Shown here one piece after another: positions 1 to 10,060 of a DNA stretch of 64,000 nt. How positions within the stretch are numbered: the first letter of the stretch is position 1; each line of letters starts with the position of its first letter. Made by a program: the position numbers and the translations under genes. This DNA is from Accumulibacter sp. (GTDB lineage: Bacteria; Pseudomonadota; Gammaproteobacteria; Burkholderiales; Rhodocyclaceae), in NCBI RefSeq assembly GCF_029255145.1, contig NZ_JAPUVQ010000050.1:15681-79680 (forward strand). Reading direction: 5' to 3'. The notes below the pieces were generated by a model. That model was not told the DNA's origin, searched no databases, and was given only the letters and a program-made list of their open reading frames with translations.

Positions 1-1
1 G

Positions 2-646
2 CTGCGCGTCGCCGCCGAACTGGGAATCGCCATCGTCGCTCCCGATACCAGCCCGCGTGGCGCGCAGGTGCCGGGTGACCCCGACGGCGCGTGGGATTTC
101 GGACACGGCGCGGGTTTTTATGTGAACGCCACGCAGCAACCATGGGCCGAGCATTACCGGATGCACGACTACGTGGTCTTCGAGCTGCCGGAGTTGATCG
201 AAGCGAGTCTGCCGGTCAACACCCGCCGTGGCCTCAGTGGCCATTCGATGGGCGGCCACGGCGCGCTGGTCTGTGCGCTGCGCAACCCCGGTCGCTACCG
301 CTCGCTGTCGGCCTTTGCGCCAATCAGCCACGCGCTCGCCAGTCCCTGGGGAGAGAAGGCCTTCTCGCGTTACCTCGGCGCCGACCGTAGCGCCTGGAAA
401 GCGTGGGATGCCTGCGAGCTGATCGCCGCCGGCGTCGGCGAGCGTCTGCCCTTGCTGGTTGATCAGGGCCTGGCTGACGGCTTCCTGGCCGAGCAACTGC
501 AGCCGGAGACGCTGCGGCAGGCGTGTGCTGCCGCTGGCCACCCGCTCACGCTGCGCTTGCAGGCGGGCTACGACCACAGCTACTTCTTCATCGCCAGCTT
601 CATCGACGATCACCTGCGCCATCACGCCGCAGCGCTGCTGCCCTGA
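2..646 (+). CDS. fghA: S-formylglutathione hydrolase (esterase D family), 5' end cut by window edge
   Basis: The frame is open from the window start (..[10 protein letters not shown]..). It has the serine-hydrolase motif [10 protein letters not shown] and the family-typical C-terminus GYDHSYFFI. Track ORF 68..646 is the internal-Met version. Confidence 0.85.
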   Translation: MRVAAELGIAIVAPDTSPRGAQVPGDPDGAWDFGHGAGFYVNATQQPWAEHYRMHDYVVFELPELIEASLPVNTRRGLSGHSMGGHGALVCALRNPGRYRSLSAFAPISHALASPWGEKAFSRYLGADRSAWKAWDACELIAAGVGERLPLLVDQGLADGFLAEQLQPETLRQACAAAGHPLTLRLQAGYDHSYFFIASFIDDHLRHHAAALLP

Positions 647-688
647 CGCGCACTGCCCCGAACGGTGCCTGGCCGGCGGCAGCGGTGC

Positions 689-2608
689 TCAGGCGGCGAC
701 GACGACGCGGTTGCGGCCGCCGTTCTTGGCCTGGTAAAGCGCCGCATCGGCGGCCTGGATCAGCGCCTGGCTGTCCTTTACCGCTGTCCCGAGGTGGGCG
801 ACGCCGATGCTGACGGTGAGCGGCAGCGATTGCCGCGTCCACAGGAAGTCGTATTTCTCGACCAGCGCCCGGATCCGTTCGGCGATCTGCGCCGCGATGC
901 GCGCACTGGCGTTGGGCAGGACCGCCGCGAATTCCTCGCCGCCATAGCGGAAGACCAGATCCTCGCCGCGCGAGGTGCGCTTGAGCAGATCCGAGAGCTG
1001 CCGCAGGACGGCGTCGCCGGCGGCATGGCCGTAGGTGTCGTTGATCCGCTTGAAGTGGTCGATATCGAGCAGCAGGCAGGCCATCGGCAGTCCGTTGGAC
1101 TGCGCAAAGGCCCATTCGGAGGCCAGGAAATCGAGGCCGTGACGGCGGTTCGGGAGTTGCGTCAGGGTGTCTGTCAGAGCGTCCTGCAGCAGGCGCTTAT
1201 GGGCCACCGCAAACTCGTCGGTCGAGCGCATGATGCCGCGGCGCTCGCGCTGAATCTCTTCGCGCAGCAGCAGCATGCGGCTCGCCGTATTGAGGCGCAC
1301 GCGCAGCGTCTGCATGGTCAGCGGCTTGACCAGAACGTCGTCGGCGCCGGCATCGATCGCCTCCAGGATGTGCCGTTCGCTTTCCGGTGAAGCCAGGAGC
1401 AGCGCATAGCTCTCCTTGCCGGCCGCGGTCTGGCGCAGGCGGCGGCAGAAGACCGCCGGTTGCAGTCCGGGCATGGCCATGTCGGCGATGACGATCTGCG
1501 CCGGCTGGCGGAGCGTCTGCTGGAGTCCTTCGACGCTGCTTTCCATCAGCATCGGCTGGTGCCCCAGGCTTTCGATCTGCTTTATCAGCACCGGCAGCTC
1601 GGCCGGGGGAATGCCGAGGAGCTGCACCTGCAGGCGCGGCGCGCCGCCCTTGCCGCTTTGTTCGGGACTGGCCGCGCTGACCCGCAGGCTGGGCGGGCTG
1701 GCCGCCAGAATCTCGGCGAAAGGGGGTATCTCCTGTGTTCGGACCTGCAGCAGCGCACCCCACTCGCGCCAGCGGCGGGCCATCCGGTCGACGATGTCGT
1801 TCAGCGCGTCACCGCTGATCCCCAGGCGAGCCGCCCGGGTCAGCAGGGCTGGCAGCAGGCTCCAGCGCGACTCTTCGTCGGCCATGCAGACCTCGGCGAG
1901 CGAGCGGGCGAAGTTCAGCGACTGGGTAAGCGTCTGCAAGCGCGAGCCATCCGGAAAACCGGCGACGTCGGGTTGCTCATGGTGGTAGGCGGCCTGAATC
2001 AGCATCTCGGGCAAGCCCCATTCGGCGAGCATCGTCGCGCCGAGCTGGCGGTGGTCCATGGCGAAGCGCTGGCGTTCGAGATCGACCAGATCCTGTCGCG
2101 TTTCCTGCACCCTGATCAGCACGCCGGCGTATTCGTCGGGGTACAGCGAGGCCATCGCCAGCTCGCCGACGCGGCTCAGCAAGCCGATGGTGAAGATGTC
2201 TTCAGTCGAAATCTGCGCGAAATGAGCGAGTTCCTGGCAAGCAATGCCGGTGGCCAGCGAATGTCCCCAGAATGCTCCGTAATCGAAAGCCGCGCACTGA
2301 CCGCTCTTGTTGCTGTGCATCACCGACAGGCCGATCACCAGGTCGCGCACCTTGAACGATCCGAGGGCGACGATCGCCCGCTGCAGCGAGACGATCGGCC
2401 TGGTCCGGCCAAAGGCGGCGGCGTTGGCGAACTTGAGCAGGCGTCCGGCAATCGCCGGGTCGGACTGGACCAGCCGCACCAGTTCGGAGACCCGGAAGTC
2501 GTCGCGCTGCAGGAGTTTGATGATCGAAAAGGCAACGCCCTTCGGCGACGGCAGCTTGCCGGTCGCCTTCATCGCATGGTAGCGGTCGTGGTCGACGAAG
2601 GGGATCAA
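689..2608 (-). CDS. HDOD domain / receiver-like / GGDEF diguanylate cyclase
   Basis: 639-aa ORF. The N-terminus is HDOD-like (KLPSPKGVAFSIIKLL..SDPAIAGRLLKFANAAAFG) and the C-terminal GGDEF domain has an intact RYGGEEFA motif. The start is TTG at 2608, with an alternative ATG at 2572. Confidence 0.85.
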   Translation of the reverse strand: MIPFVDHDRYHAMKATGKLPSPKGVAFSIIKLLQRDDFRVSELVRLVQSDPAIAGRLLKFANAAAFGRTRPIVSLQRAIVALGSFKVRDLVIGLSVMHSNKSGQCAAFDYGAFWGHSLATGIACQELAHFAQISTEDIFTIGLLSRVGELAMASLYPDEYAGVLIRVQETRQDLVDLERQRFAMDHRQLGATMLAEWGLPEMLIQAAYHHEQPDVAGFPDGSRLQTLTQSLNFARSLAEVCMADEESRWSLLPALLTRAARLGISGDALNDIVDRMARRWREWGALLQVRTQEIPPFAEILAASPPSLRVSAASPEQSGKGGAPRLQVQLLGIPPAELPVLIKQIESLGHQPMLMESSVEGLQQTLRQPAQIVIADMAMPGLQPAVFCRRLRQTAAGKESYALLLASPESERHILEAIDAGADDVLVKPLTMQTLRVRLNTASRMLLLREEIQRERRGIMRSTDEFAVAHKRLLQDALTDTLTQLPNRRHGLDFLASEWAFAQSNGLPMACLLLDIDHFKRINDTYGHAAGDAVLRQLSDLLKRTSRGEDLVFRYGGEEFAAVLPNASARIAAQIAERIRALVEKYDFLWTRQSLPLTVSIGVAHLGTAVKDSQALIQAADAALYQAKNGGRNRVVVAA

Positions 2609-2682
2609 GGAAGTTTCAAGTCGAGCATAAGCGGCCGATTATGCTACAAAACCCGGGCCGCTGCGGTCCGATCGCCAAGGCC

Positions 2683-3039
2683 CTACAGCAGCTCGGTATC
2701 GCCGTGGTCGTAGGCCGGACTGCAGCAGCAGAGCAGGTGCAGCGCCTCGCTGCCAGTGGCGGTGACGCCATGCGCCGTCCCCGGCGGGATCAGGACGGTG
2801 TCGCCAACGGCGATTTCCAGCGTCTCGCCGGCCAGCGTCATCAGGCCGGTGCCGCGGGTCACGTGGTACAGCTCCTCGCTGATCCGGTGGCGATGCAGAA
2901 GCGTCTGCTGGCCGGGCTGGATGATCGCCTCGGCCAGGCTCTGCTGGCGGTTGCCATGGACGCCGGGGTGCATCAGCTCGCGGATTTCGGAGCTGTCGCG
3001 GGTGGTGTAGGCGGCGATCTCGCGGTAGCGCGTTCTCAT
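2683..3039 (-). CDS. cupin domain protein (118 aa)
   Basis: Internal ATG (3039) of track ORF 2683..3411. Cupin barrel motifs are present (HRHRISEELYHVTRGTG .. GDTVLIPPGTAHG). ATGA stop/start overlap with the upstream SRAP gene. Confidence 0.7.
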   Translation of the reverse strand: MRTRYREIAAYTTRDSSEIRELMHPGVHGNRQQSLAEAIIQPGQQTLLHRHRISEELYHVTRGTGLMTLAGETLEIAVGDTVLIPPGTAHGVTATGSEALHLLCCCSPAYDHGDTELL

Positions 3040-3722
3040 TGCGGTTCGCTGCTGATGGAGACGATCAGCGCCGGATCGTCCTCGCTGGCCTTGCCGACCC
3101 GGCTGCTCACCGGCCAGCGCTGCATCCCGGCCTCGGGATACGGCTGGATCAGCGCCCCGGCCCGGTCGACGCCGGCAGCCAGCCAGTCCTGCCAGTGCTC
3201 GGCCGCGAGGATCAGCGGCATCCGCTCGTGGACGGCGCGCAGCAGGCCATTGGCGGCGGTGGTGACGATGCAGCAGCTGCGAACGACGTCTCCGCCAGGC
3301 GCCGTCCACGACTCCCAGAGGCCGCCGAAGGCCATCGTTTCGCCCGACGACAGCGAGATGTACCAGGGTTGCTTGCGCGCTGCCGCGGCCGTTCCGGCGA
3401 TCGCCTGCCATTCGTAGAAGCCGCTGGCCGGAATCAGGCAGCGGCGGCGCTGGAAGGCGTCGCGGAACGCGGGCTTTTCAGCCAGCGATTCGCCACGCGC
3501 GTTGATCAGCCGGCTGGCGATCGCCGGGTCTTTCGCCCAATGCGGCAGCAGCCCCCAGCGCAGCAGGTGCAAAACGCGCTGGCCGGCCGGCGACTGGCGG
3601 ATCACGGGAATGTCGGTCGCCGGCGCGATGTTGTAGCGGGCGACGACGGCGGCGCATTCGTCGAGGCCGAAGCGCCAGGACAAACGCGAGCTGGGAGCTT
3701 CCAGAGCATAGCGTCCACACAT
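3036..3722 (-). CDS. SOS response-associated peptidase (SRAP/YedK family)
   Basis: This is the last 228 aa of track ORF 3036..5297, starting MCGRY (the family's catalytic Cys2), with an ASGFYEW motif. The upstream 525 aa of that ORF are Arg/Ala-rich antisense of menE and are rejected. Confidence 0.85.
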   Translation of the reverse strand: MCGRYALEAPSSRLSWRFGLDECAAVVARYNIAPATDIPVIRQSPAGQRVLHLLRWGLLPHWAKDPAIASRLINARGESLAEKPAFRDAFQRRRCLIPASGFYEWQAIAGTAAAARKQPWYISLSSGETMAFGGLWESWTAPGGDVVRSCCIVTTAANGLLRAVHERMPLILAAEHWQDWLAAGVDRAGALIQPYPEAGMQRWPVSSRVGKASEDDPALIVSISSEPQ

Positions 3723-3902
3723 CGGCGAAGTGTAACGCTGGATCGGCTCGAACGGGCCTGGGAAGCGTCGCCAACGACCCGGTGCCGGCCGATGCGGACC
3801 GACGCAGACACGCGGCGGCGTTTTCTTGATCGGCAGCAAAGGCGCTTGCCGGGTCGCTGCGTATAATCTGCGGCCGATGAACACAAGCACGCTCAGGGGC
3901 CG

Positions 3903-5288
3903 ATGAGTCCTCTCGCCCATTGGCTGGCCGACGGCGCTCGCCGGCATCCGGCGGCGCCGGCCTTGCTCGGCCCGCACGGCAACTGGCGATACGGCGAACT
4001 GGCTTCGCTGGCCGACGCGGGTGGCCGCTTTCTGCGCCGCCAGGCGGTGCAGCCCGGCGACATCGTGGCGATAGCCGGAAGTGCCAGCGAGCTGGCGCTG
4101 GCGGCACTGGCCTGTGCGGCGGCGAGTGCGGCGCTGTTGCCCCTCGACCCGCTGACCGCCGATGCCGCCTGGCCGGCTCTGCAGACGCTGGCGGGTGGTC
4201 GCTTGCAGCGCTTCGCGCCGCTGCGCTGGCCAGGTGATTTCAGTGCCGGCGCCGCGCCGCCAGCGCCTGCCGGCAACGCAGGCGAGGTGGCGTTGCTGAT
4301 CGCCACCAGCGGCAGCGAAGGCGCGCCAAAGGTCGTCCAGCTGACCCGGGGCAATCTCGCTGCCGCGGCAGCCGCGTCGAACCAGCGCCTGCCGCTGGCC
4401 GCTGGTGACGTCTGGCTGGCTTGCCTGCCGCTGCATCACATCGGCGGCATCTCGATTCTTTATCGCTGCCTGCGTGCCGGCGCCAGCATGCGCTTGCACG
4501 AGGGTTTTGCGGCCGCGGCCGTTTGGGACGATCTGCACCGCCTCCGTGTCAGTCACCTGTCGCTGGTTCCGGCGATGCTCGCGCGCCTGCTCGACGTGGC
4601 TGACGGCGCGCACCCACCGCCCAGCCTGCGCCATGCCCTGATCGGCGGCGCGGCGCTGTCGCGACCGCTGTGCGAACGTGCGCTGGCCAGCGGTTGGCCG
4701 ATCCGCCCGAGCTGGGGGATGAGCGAGACCGCCGCGCAGGCGGCGACGCTGGTGCAGCCCGGCAGCGACTGGCAGGTCGGACAGGTCGGCACCTTGCTGC
4801 CGGGGCTGCAGGCACGGGTCGCTGCCGACGGTCGCCTGTGCCTGCGTGGCGAGCAGGTGATGGACGGTTATCTGAACCCCGAGGGGCAGCGCGGCCACGG
4901 ACTCGACGATGGCTGGCTGCGGACCGGCGACCTCGGCCTGCTCGACGAGCGCGGGCAGGTGACGATCATCGGTCGCGCCGATGATCTGCTGATCAGTGGC
5001 GGCGTCACGCTTCACCCGCTCGAGGTCGAGAGCTGCCTGGCGGCTTGTCCTGGCGTCAGCGACGTGGCGGTCACCGCGGCGCCCGACCCGGTGTGGGGCG
5101 ACGTGCTGGTCGCGCTGGTCGTCGGTCGGGCCGAGATCCGTACGCTGCACGACTGGTGCCGGCGCCATCTGGTGGCTGCCAAGCGGCCGCGGCGCGTGCT
5201 GCGGGTCGAAGCGCTGCCGCGCAACGCGATCGGCAAGCTGGCCAGGCAGACCCTGCGCGAACTGCTCCAGCAGCGGGGAGGAGCATGA
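3903..5288 (+). CDS. menE: o-succinylbenzoate--CoA ligase-like AMP-dependent synthetase
   Basis: 461 aa with the AMP-binding signature LIATSGSEGAPKVV. Size and position directly upstream of menF/menD fit, and its stop overlaps the menF ATG (ATGA). Confidence 0.7.
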   Translation: MSPLAHWLADGARRHPAAPALLGPHGNWRYGELASLADAGGRFLRRQAVQPGDIVAIAGSASELALAALACAAASAALLPLDPLTADAAWPALQTLAGGRLQRFAPLRWPGDFSAGAAPPAPAGNAGEVALLIATSGSEGAPKVVQLTRGNLAAAAAASNQRLPLAAGDVWLACLPLHHIGGISILYRCLRAGASMRLHEGFAAAAVWDDLHRLRVSHLSLVPAMLARLLDVADGAHPPPSLRHALIGGAALSRPLCERALASGWPIRPSWGMSETAAQAATLVQPGSDWQVGQVGTLLPGLQARVAADGRLCLRGEQVMDGYLNPEGQRGHGLDDGWLRTGDLGLLDERGQVTIIGRADDLLISGGVTLHPLEVESCLAACPGVSDVAVTAAPDPVWGDVLVALVVGRAEIRTLHDWCRRHLVAAKRPRRVLRVEALPRNAIGKLARQTLRELLQQRGGA

Positions 5289-6703
5289 ACTTCGCACGGC
5301 TGCTCGGCGCCGCGCAGCTCGCGTTGCTGCGCCGTCGGCTGCGTGCGCGGCTGCCCGGAGCGCCAGCGAACGGCCTGCTGAGCATCACGCTCGACCTTGG
5401 CGCGGGCGATGCGCAATGGTTGAACGTCGATCTGGCGCGAAGCCAGGTCAACTGGTGGGCGCGACCAGCGGCCGGCGGGGCCGGCGACTATCGCCTGGCA
5501 CTCGGCAGCGCGATGAGCTTTGCGACCGCGGGGCCGGCGCGCTTCGCCGCGCTGCAGGCAGCTTTCACGGGCCTGGCAGCGGTCTGGCTGCACGACGACG
5601 ACCAGCAGACCGGCGTCGTTCCGGCGGCGCACATCGGCTTTGCCTTCGACGAAGAGAGCCGTGACGAGCTGCCCAACGCCCGCCTGCTGGTCCCTGCCAT
5701 CCTCCTGCACAGCCGCGCCGGGCGCTGCAGCGCCAGCTTCACTTGCGCGGTGCGCGAAGGTGAGAGCGCCATCGCGCGCTGGCTGGCCGAGTTGCGGGCC
5801 GCCGCGCCAGCACCCGACCGGGCGGTGACCGCGGGCGTCTGGCTGCGCCAGAGCGAGCCGCTGGCCGATCGCGCTTTCCTGGCGCGCGCCCGCGCAGCGC
5901 TGGCCGAGATCGCGCGCGGCACCGTCGACAAGCTGGTTCTCGCGCGCAGCGTGCGCTTCGACAGCGAGACGCCGATCGCCCTGGCGCCCCTGCTGGCGGC
6001 GCTGGCCGATCGCCATCGCGAGTGCACCACCTACAGCGTTGGCCAGCATGGCCAGTGTTTCGTCGGCGCCACACCCGAGCGGCTGGTGTCGCTGCGCGAC
6101 GGGATGGTGCACGCCGATGCACTGGCCGGCACCGCCTGGCTGCTGGCCGACCCGCTGCCCGGGCAGCCGGTCTCACTGGCCTTGCAGCACGAGAAGAACA
6201 GCCGTGAGCAGCAACTGGTGGTTGACGCGGTGCGCGCTGCCCTGGAGCCGGTGTGCGCCGAGCTGAATCCGCCGCAGGCGGCCGAGATCATGCAGCTTGG
6301 CGAATTGCAGCACCTGCGCACGCGGATCACCGGCCGGCTGCGGGCTGGGGTCGGCCTGTTCGATCTGGTCGCCGGCCTGCACCCGACACCCGCCGTCGGC
6401 GGCTCGCCCGGCAGCGCTGCCCGGCAGTGGTTACGGCGCCATGGCGACCGCCGTGGCGCCTGGTACACCGGCGGCGTCGGCTGGATCGACCGTGACGGTG
6501 ACGGCGAGGTGGTCGTCGCGCTGCGCTGCGCGCGGATCAAGGGCCGTGCCGCCGAGCTGTTCGCCGGTGCCGGGATCGTTGCCGGATCGGACCCGACGCA
6601 GGAACTCGCCGAAACCGAAGCGAAACTGTCGGTGATCAGCGCAGAGCTGCGCCGGCCGCGCCGCGTCGCGTCTCGCCAGACACCCCGGAGCGGTGCCGCA
6701 TGA
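5285..6703 (+). CDS. menF: isochorismate synthase
   Basis: The start is ATG 5285 (MNFARLL) inside track ORF 5045..6703. The C-terminal half is chorismate-binding (HPTPAVGG .. WYTGGVGWIDRDGDGEVVVALRCA .. AGAGIVAGSDP). Confidence 0.8.
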   Translation: MNFARLLGAAQLALLRRRLRARLPGAPANGLLSITLDLGAGDAQWLNVDLARSQVNWWARPAAGGAGDYRLALGSAMSFATAGPARFAALQAAFTGLAAVWLHDDDQQTGVVPAAHIGFAFDEESRDELPNARLLVPAILLHSRAGRCSASFTCAVREGESAIARWLAELRAAAPAPDRAVTAGVWLRQSEPLADRAFLARARAALAEIARGTVDKLVLARSVRFDSETPIALAPLLAALADRHRECTTYSVGQHGQCFVGATPERLVSLRDGMVHADALAGTAWLLADPLPGQPVSLALQHEKNSREQQLVVDAVRAALEPVCAELNPPQAAEIMQLGELQHLRTRITGRLRAGVGLFDLVAGLHPTPAVGGSPGSAARQWLRRHGDRRGAWYTGGVGWIDRDGDGEVVVALRCARIKGRAAELFAGAGIVAGSDPTQELAETEAKLSVISAELRRPRRVASRQTPRSGAA

Positions 6704-8478
6704 AGCGTCCCGACGCAAGTTCCACCTCTCCCGGGGCAGCTTCCGAAGTCGCTTCCGGCGCCACCGCCGACGACCTCGGGGAGCTCAATCTGCGCTGGTC
6801 GCAGGTGCTGGTCGATGCGCTGGCCGCCGCCGGCCTCAGGGACCTGGTGCTCTCGCCAGGTTCCCGTTCGAGTCCCCTGGCGCTGGCCTTCCTGCGGCAG
6901 CCGGCGATCCGCTGCCAGGTGATTCTCGACGAGCGCAGCGCCGCCTTTTTCGCTTTGGGCATCGCCAGGGCCAGCGCTCGCCCGGTGGCGCTTCTGTGCA
7001 CCTCGGGATCGGCGCCGGCCAACTGGTTTCCGGCGGTCATCGAGGCCGATCTCGGCGCGGTTCCGCTGCTCCTGCTGTCAGCCGATCGGCCGCCCGAGCT
7101 GCTCGGCTGGGGCGCCAACCAGACCATCGACCAGCAGCGCCTGTTCGGCAGCCACGTGCGCGCCTTTCACGCGCCAGCGGCGCCTGGCAGCGAATTCCCG
7201 GCCGCTTACCTGCAGCGTCTGGCGGCCCGCGCAATGGCCGAGAGCGGCTGGCCACTGGCCGGTCCGGTGCATCTCAACCTGGCTTTTCGCGAGCCCTTGT
7301 TGTCTGTCGGCGACGCACTTCCGGCGGCGTGCGCCGCGACCGGCGAGCCAGTGGTCGATCTGGCTGCGCCGCGCCTGCTTCCCGACCCGCGGCAGATCGC
7401 GAGCACGCTGGCCAGGGTCAGCGGCCGACCGGGGGTGATCGTCTGTGGCGGTGCCGCCTATCCGCCAGGATTCGCCGACGCGGTGAGCGCGCTGGCCGAG
7501 CGGCTGGACTGCCCGATTCTCGCCGAACCGCTGTCCAACCTGCGTTTCGGCGCGCACGACCGCAGCCGGCTGTGCGTGCGCTACGAGGCTTTCCTGCGCC
7601 AGCCAGCGGTGCTGGCGACCGCGCGGCCGGCGTGGCTGCTGCGCTTCGGCGCTTTTCCGGTCACCCGTGCGCTGCAGGACTGGCTGCGCGCGGCAGCGCC
7701 GGCAGCGCAGATCCTGGTCAGTCCGGACGGCCGCTGGCCAGACCCGCTGCACCTCGCCACGACCCTGCTGCAAGCTGATCCGGTCCTGGTCTGCGAGGCC
7801 TTGCTGGCTGGCGGCGGCGAGCGCGCGCCGGGTGCCTGGCGAGCGTCGTTCGCGCGCGCGGAAGCGCACGCCGGGAGGGTCGCCGGGAGCTGCCGGCGGC
7901 AGGAGAACTTCGAAGGCGCGCTGATCCCGGCCCTGCTCGAACGCCTGCCAGCCGGTCATCGCCTGTTCTGCGGCAACTCGTTGGCGATCCGTGACCTCGA
8001 CGCCTTTTCCGGCAGCAGCGACCAGCCGTTGCGCATCTTCGGCAATCGTGGCGCCAGCGGTATCGACGGCAATCTGTCGACCGCGCTGGGTATTGCCAGC
8101 GACGGCCCCTGCGTGGCGCTGGTCGGCGACCTGACGGCCCAGCATGACCTGACGGCGCTGGCCGCTGCCGGCGGCCGCGAGATCGTTGTGGTGGTGATCA
8201 ACAACGGCGGCGGTGGCATTTTCGAGTACCTGCCGGTCGCCGCCTTGCCGGAGTTCGACATCGCCTGGCTGACGCCGCAGCCGGTCGACCTGGTCGCCGC
8301 GGCGCAGAGCTTTGGCGTTGCCGGCGAGCGGCTGTCGTCGCTGGCGGAATTCCGGTCGGGCCTCGATCGTGCGCTGCAGCGAGGCGGCGCGACGTTGCTC
8401 GAAGTGGTGATCGATCGCCACGCGAGCATCGCCGCGCACCGGGCTTACTGGCAGGGGGTCGCGGCCGCTGGCAGTTAG
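6700..8478 (+). CDS. menD: 2-succinyl-5-enolpyruvyl-6-hydroxy-3-cyclohexene-1-carboxylate (SEPHCHC) synthase
   Basis: 592-aa ThDP-enzyme architecture (..FGNRGASGIDG.., ..VVVINNGGGGIF..). ATGA overlap with menF. Confidence 0.85.
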   Translation: MKRPDASSTSPGAASEVASGATADDLGELNLRWSQVLVDALAAAGLRDLVLSPGSRSSPLALAFLRQPAIRCQVILDERSAAFFALGIARASARPVALLCTSGSAPANWFPAVIEADLGAVPLLLLSADRPPELLGWGANQTIDQQRLFGSHVRAFHAPAAPGSEFPAAYLQRLAARAMAESGWPLAGPVHLNLAFREPLLSVGDALPAACAATGEPVVDLAAPRLLPDPRQIASTLARVSGRPGVIVCGGAAYPPGFADAVSALAERLDCPILAEPLSNLRFGAHDRSRLCVRYEAFLRQPAVLATARPAWLLRFGAFPVTRALQDWLRAAAPAAQILVSPDGRWPDPLHLATTLLQADPVLVCEALLAGGGERAPGAWRASFARAEAHAGRVAGSCRRQENFEGALIPALLERLPAGHRLFCGNSLAIRDLDAFSGSSDQPLRIFGNRGASGIDGNLSTALGIASDGPCVALVGDLTAQHDLTALAAAGGREIVVVVINNGGGGIFEYLPVAALPEFDIAWLTPQPVDLVAAAQSFGVAGERLSSLAEFRSGLDRALQRGGATLLEVVIDRHASIAAHRAYWQGVAAAGS

Positions 8479-8518
8479 CGACCGGTCGCCGCCGGGCAGG
8501 TCGTGCGCGTTGGCGGCG

Positions 8519-9928
8519 TCAGGCCCGGACGATGCGCACGCAGTCGGTGCTGCCGGTACGCGGCCCGGTGGCCCCGAAAACAACCGCCACCAGATCGCCG
8601 TCGCGGACGATGCCGGCCTTGCGCGCAGCCGCCAGCGCCAGTCGCAGGGGTTCTTCCTCGCGGTTTTCCGGGACCAGCAGTGGCAGCACGCCCCATACCA
8701 GCGCCAGGCTGCCGAGGACCTGCGGCGAGGTCGAGATGCCGGCGATCGGGACCGTCGGCCGGAAAGCGGCGACTCGATGCGCCGTCTTGCCGCTGCGCGT
8801 CGGGCACAGGATCGCGGCGACGCGGAGATCCTCTGCCGCCTGCACCGCAGCGTGCGCCACCGCCCACGCCACCCGGTCGGCGTCGGCGCCGGCGATCGCC
8901 GCCGGATGGACGCGGTCGTGCGGCCAGCCCTCGGCCGCTTCGGCGACTTCGCTCATCATCCGCACGGTTGCGCTCGGGAACAGGCCAACCGCGGTCTCTT
9001 CCGAGAGCATCAGGGCGTCGGTGCCGTCGAGCACAGCGTTGGCCACATCGTTCACCTCGGCGCGGGTCGGCAACGGCGAGCGGGTCATCGACTCGAGCAT
9101 CTGCGTCGCGGTGATCACCGGTATTCCGGCCAGGTTGCAGGCGCGAATGATTTCCTTCTGGAGTAGCGGCACCCGCCGTGCCGGCATCTGGATCCCCAGG
9201 TCGCCGCGGGCAACCATCACCGCGTCGGCCGCGGCGATGATCCCGGCAAGGTTGTCGACCGCGGCGGCGGTCTCGATCTTCGGCACCAGCGCCGGCCGCA
9301 TCCCGCGCTTGGGGAGCCGCGCGCGCACGCGCTCGACATCCTCGGCGCGGCGGACGAAAGAAAGTCCGAGAAAATCGACCTTGGCGGCGATGGCCATCTC
9401 CAGCGCCAGCGCATCGCGAGCGGTGAATGGCTCGACGTGCGCTTCGGCGCGCGGCAGGTGCATGCCTTTGCGCGAGCGCAGCGTACCGCCGCGCACGACT
9501 TCGGTGCGCACGTCGCTGCCGAGCGTCTCCAGAACGCGCAGCACGATCGCCCCGTCGGCGAGGTAGACCTCGTCGTCGCGGCGGGTCCACTTCGCCATGT
9601 CGGGCAGCGTCGTGGCGACGTGCCGTGCATCGCCGATGCCGTCGCCGCTGCTCAGGACGAACTCCTGGCCGCTCTCGAGTTCGACCTCGTCGTTCGCCAC
9701 GACACCGCTGCGGATTTTCGGTCCGGGCATATCGACCAGCACGCCGACGTTACGGCCCAGGTCACTGGCCACTTCGCGGACCAGCCGTGCATTGTTGGCG
9801 TGGGTGGCCATGTCCGAGTGCGCCGCGTTGAGCCGCACGACGTCGACACCGGCCTCCAGGAGCTGCCGCAGGGTCGCCGGCGTGGCGGTGGCGGGGCCGA
9901 TGGTGGCCACGATCTTGGTTCGGCGCAT
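8519..9928 (-). CDS. pyk: pyruvate kinase
   Basis: ATG at 9928 (MRRTKIVATIGPA) is preceded by GAGGAGGA. It has the MVARGDLGIQMP motif. The track ORF extends 32 aa further upstream without support. Confidence 0.9.
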   Translation of the reverse strand: MRRTKIVATIGPATATPATLRQLLEAGVDVVRLNAAHSDMATHANNARLVREVASDLGRNVGVLVDMPGPKIRSGVVANDEVELESGQEFVLSSGDGIGDARHVATTLPDMAKWTRRDDEVYLADGAIVLRVLETLGSDVRTEVVRGGTLRSRKGMHLPRAEAHVEPFTARDALALEMAIAAKVDFLGLSFVRRAEDVERVRARLPKRGMRPALVPKIETAAAVDNLAGIIAAADAVMVARGDLGIQMPARRVPLLQKEIIRACNLAGIPVITATQMLESMTRSPLPTRAEVNDVANAVLDGTDALMLSEETAVGLFPSATVRMMSEVAEAAEGWPHDRVHPAAIAGADADRVAWAVAHAAVQAAEDLRVAAILCPTRSGKTAHRVAAFRPTVPIAGISTSPQVLGSLALVWGVLPLLVPENREEEPLRLALAAARKAGIVRDGDLVAVVFGATGPRTGSTDCVRIVRA

Positions 9929-10060
9929 CTGGTCCTCCTCAATTGCTTCAACGCCCGGGCAGGGTGTCGCCGGACGGCGGTCGCGGCGCGCAACCGCGAT
10001 CGCGTGCGGCAGGGAAATCGACAAATCGGCCGGCAGTATAGGGAGCGGTCGCAGCCATAG

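Noticed and set aside
3723-5297. N-terminal 525-aa extension of the SRAP ORF (track ORF 3036..5297)
   Set aside because: SRAP proteins start with Met-Cys (MCGRY at 3722). The extension is Arg-rich and antisense to menE.
8479-8518. GCGACCGGTCGC 12-bp palindrome between menD and pyk as a bidirectional terminator
   Set aside because: It has no loop and no flanking T/A tracts, so it is not a convincing terminator.
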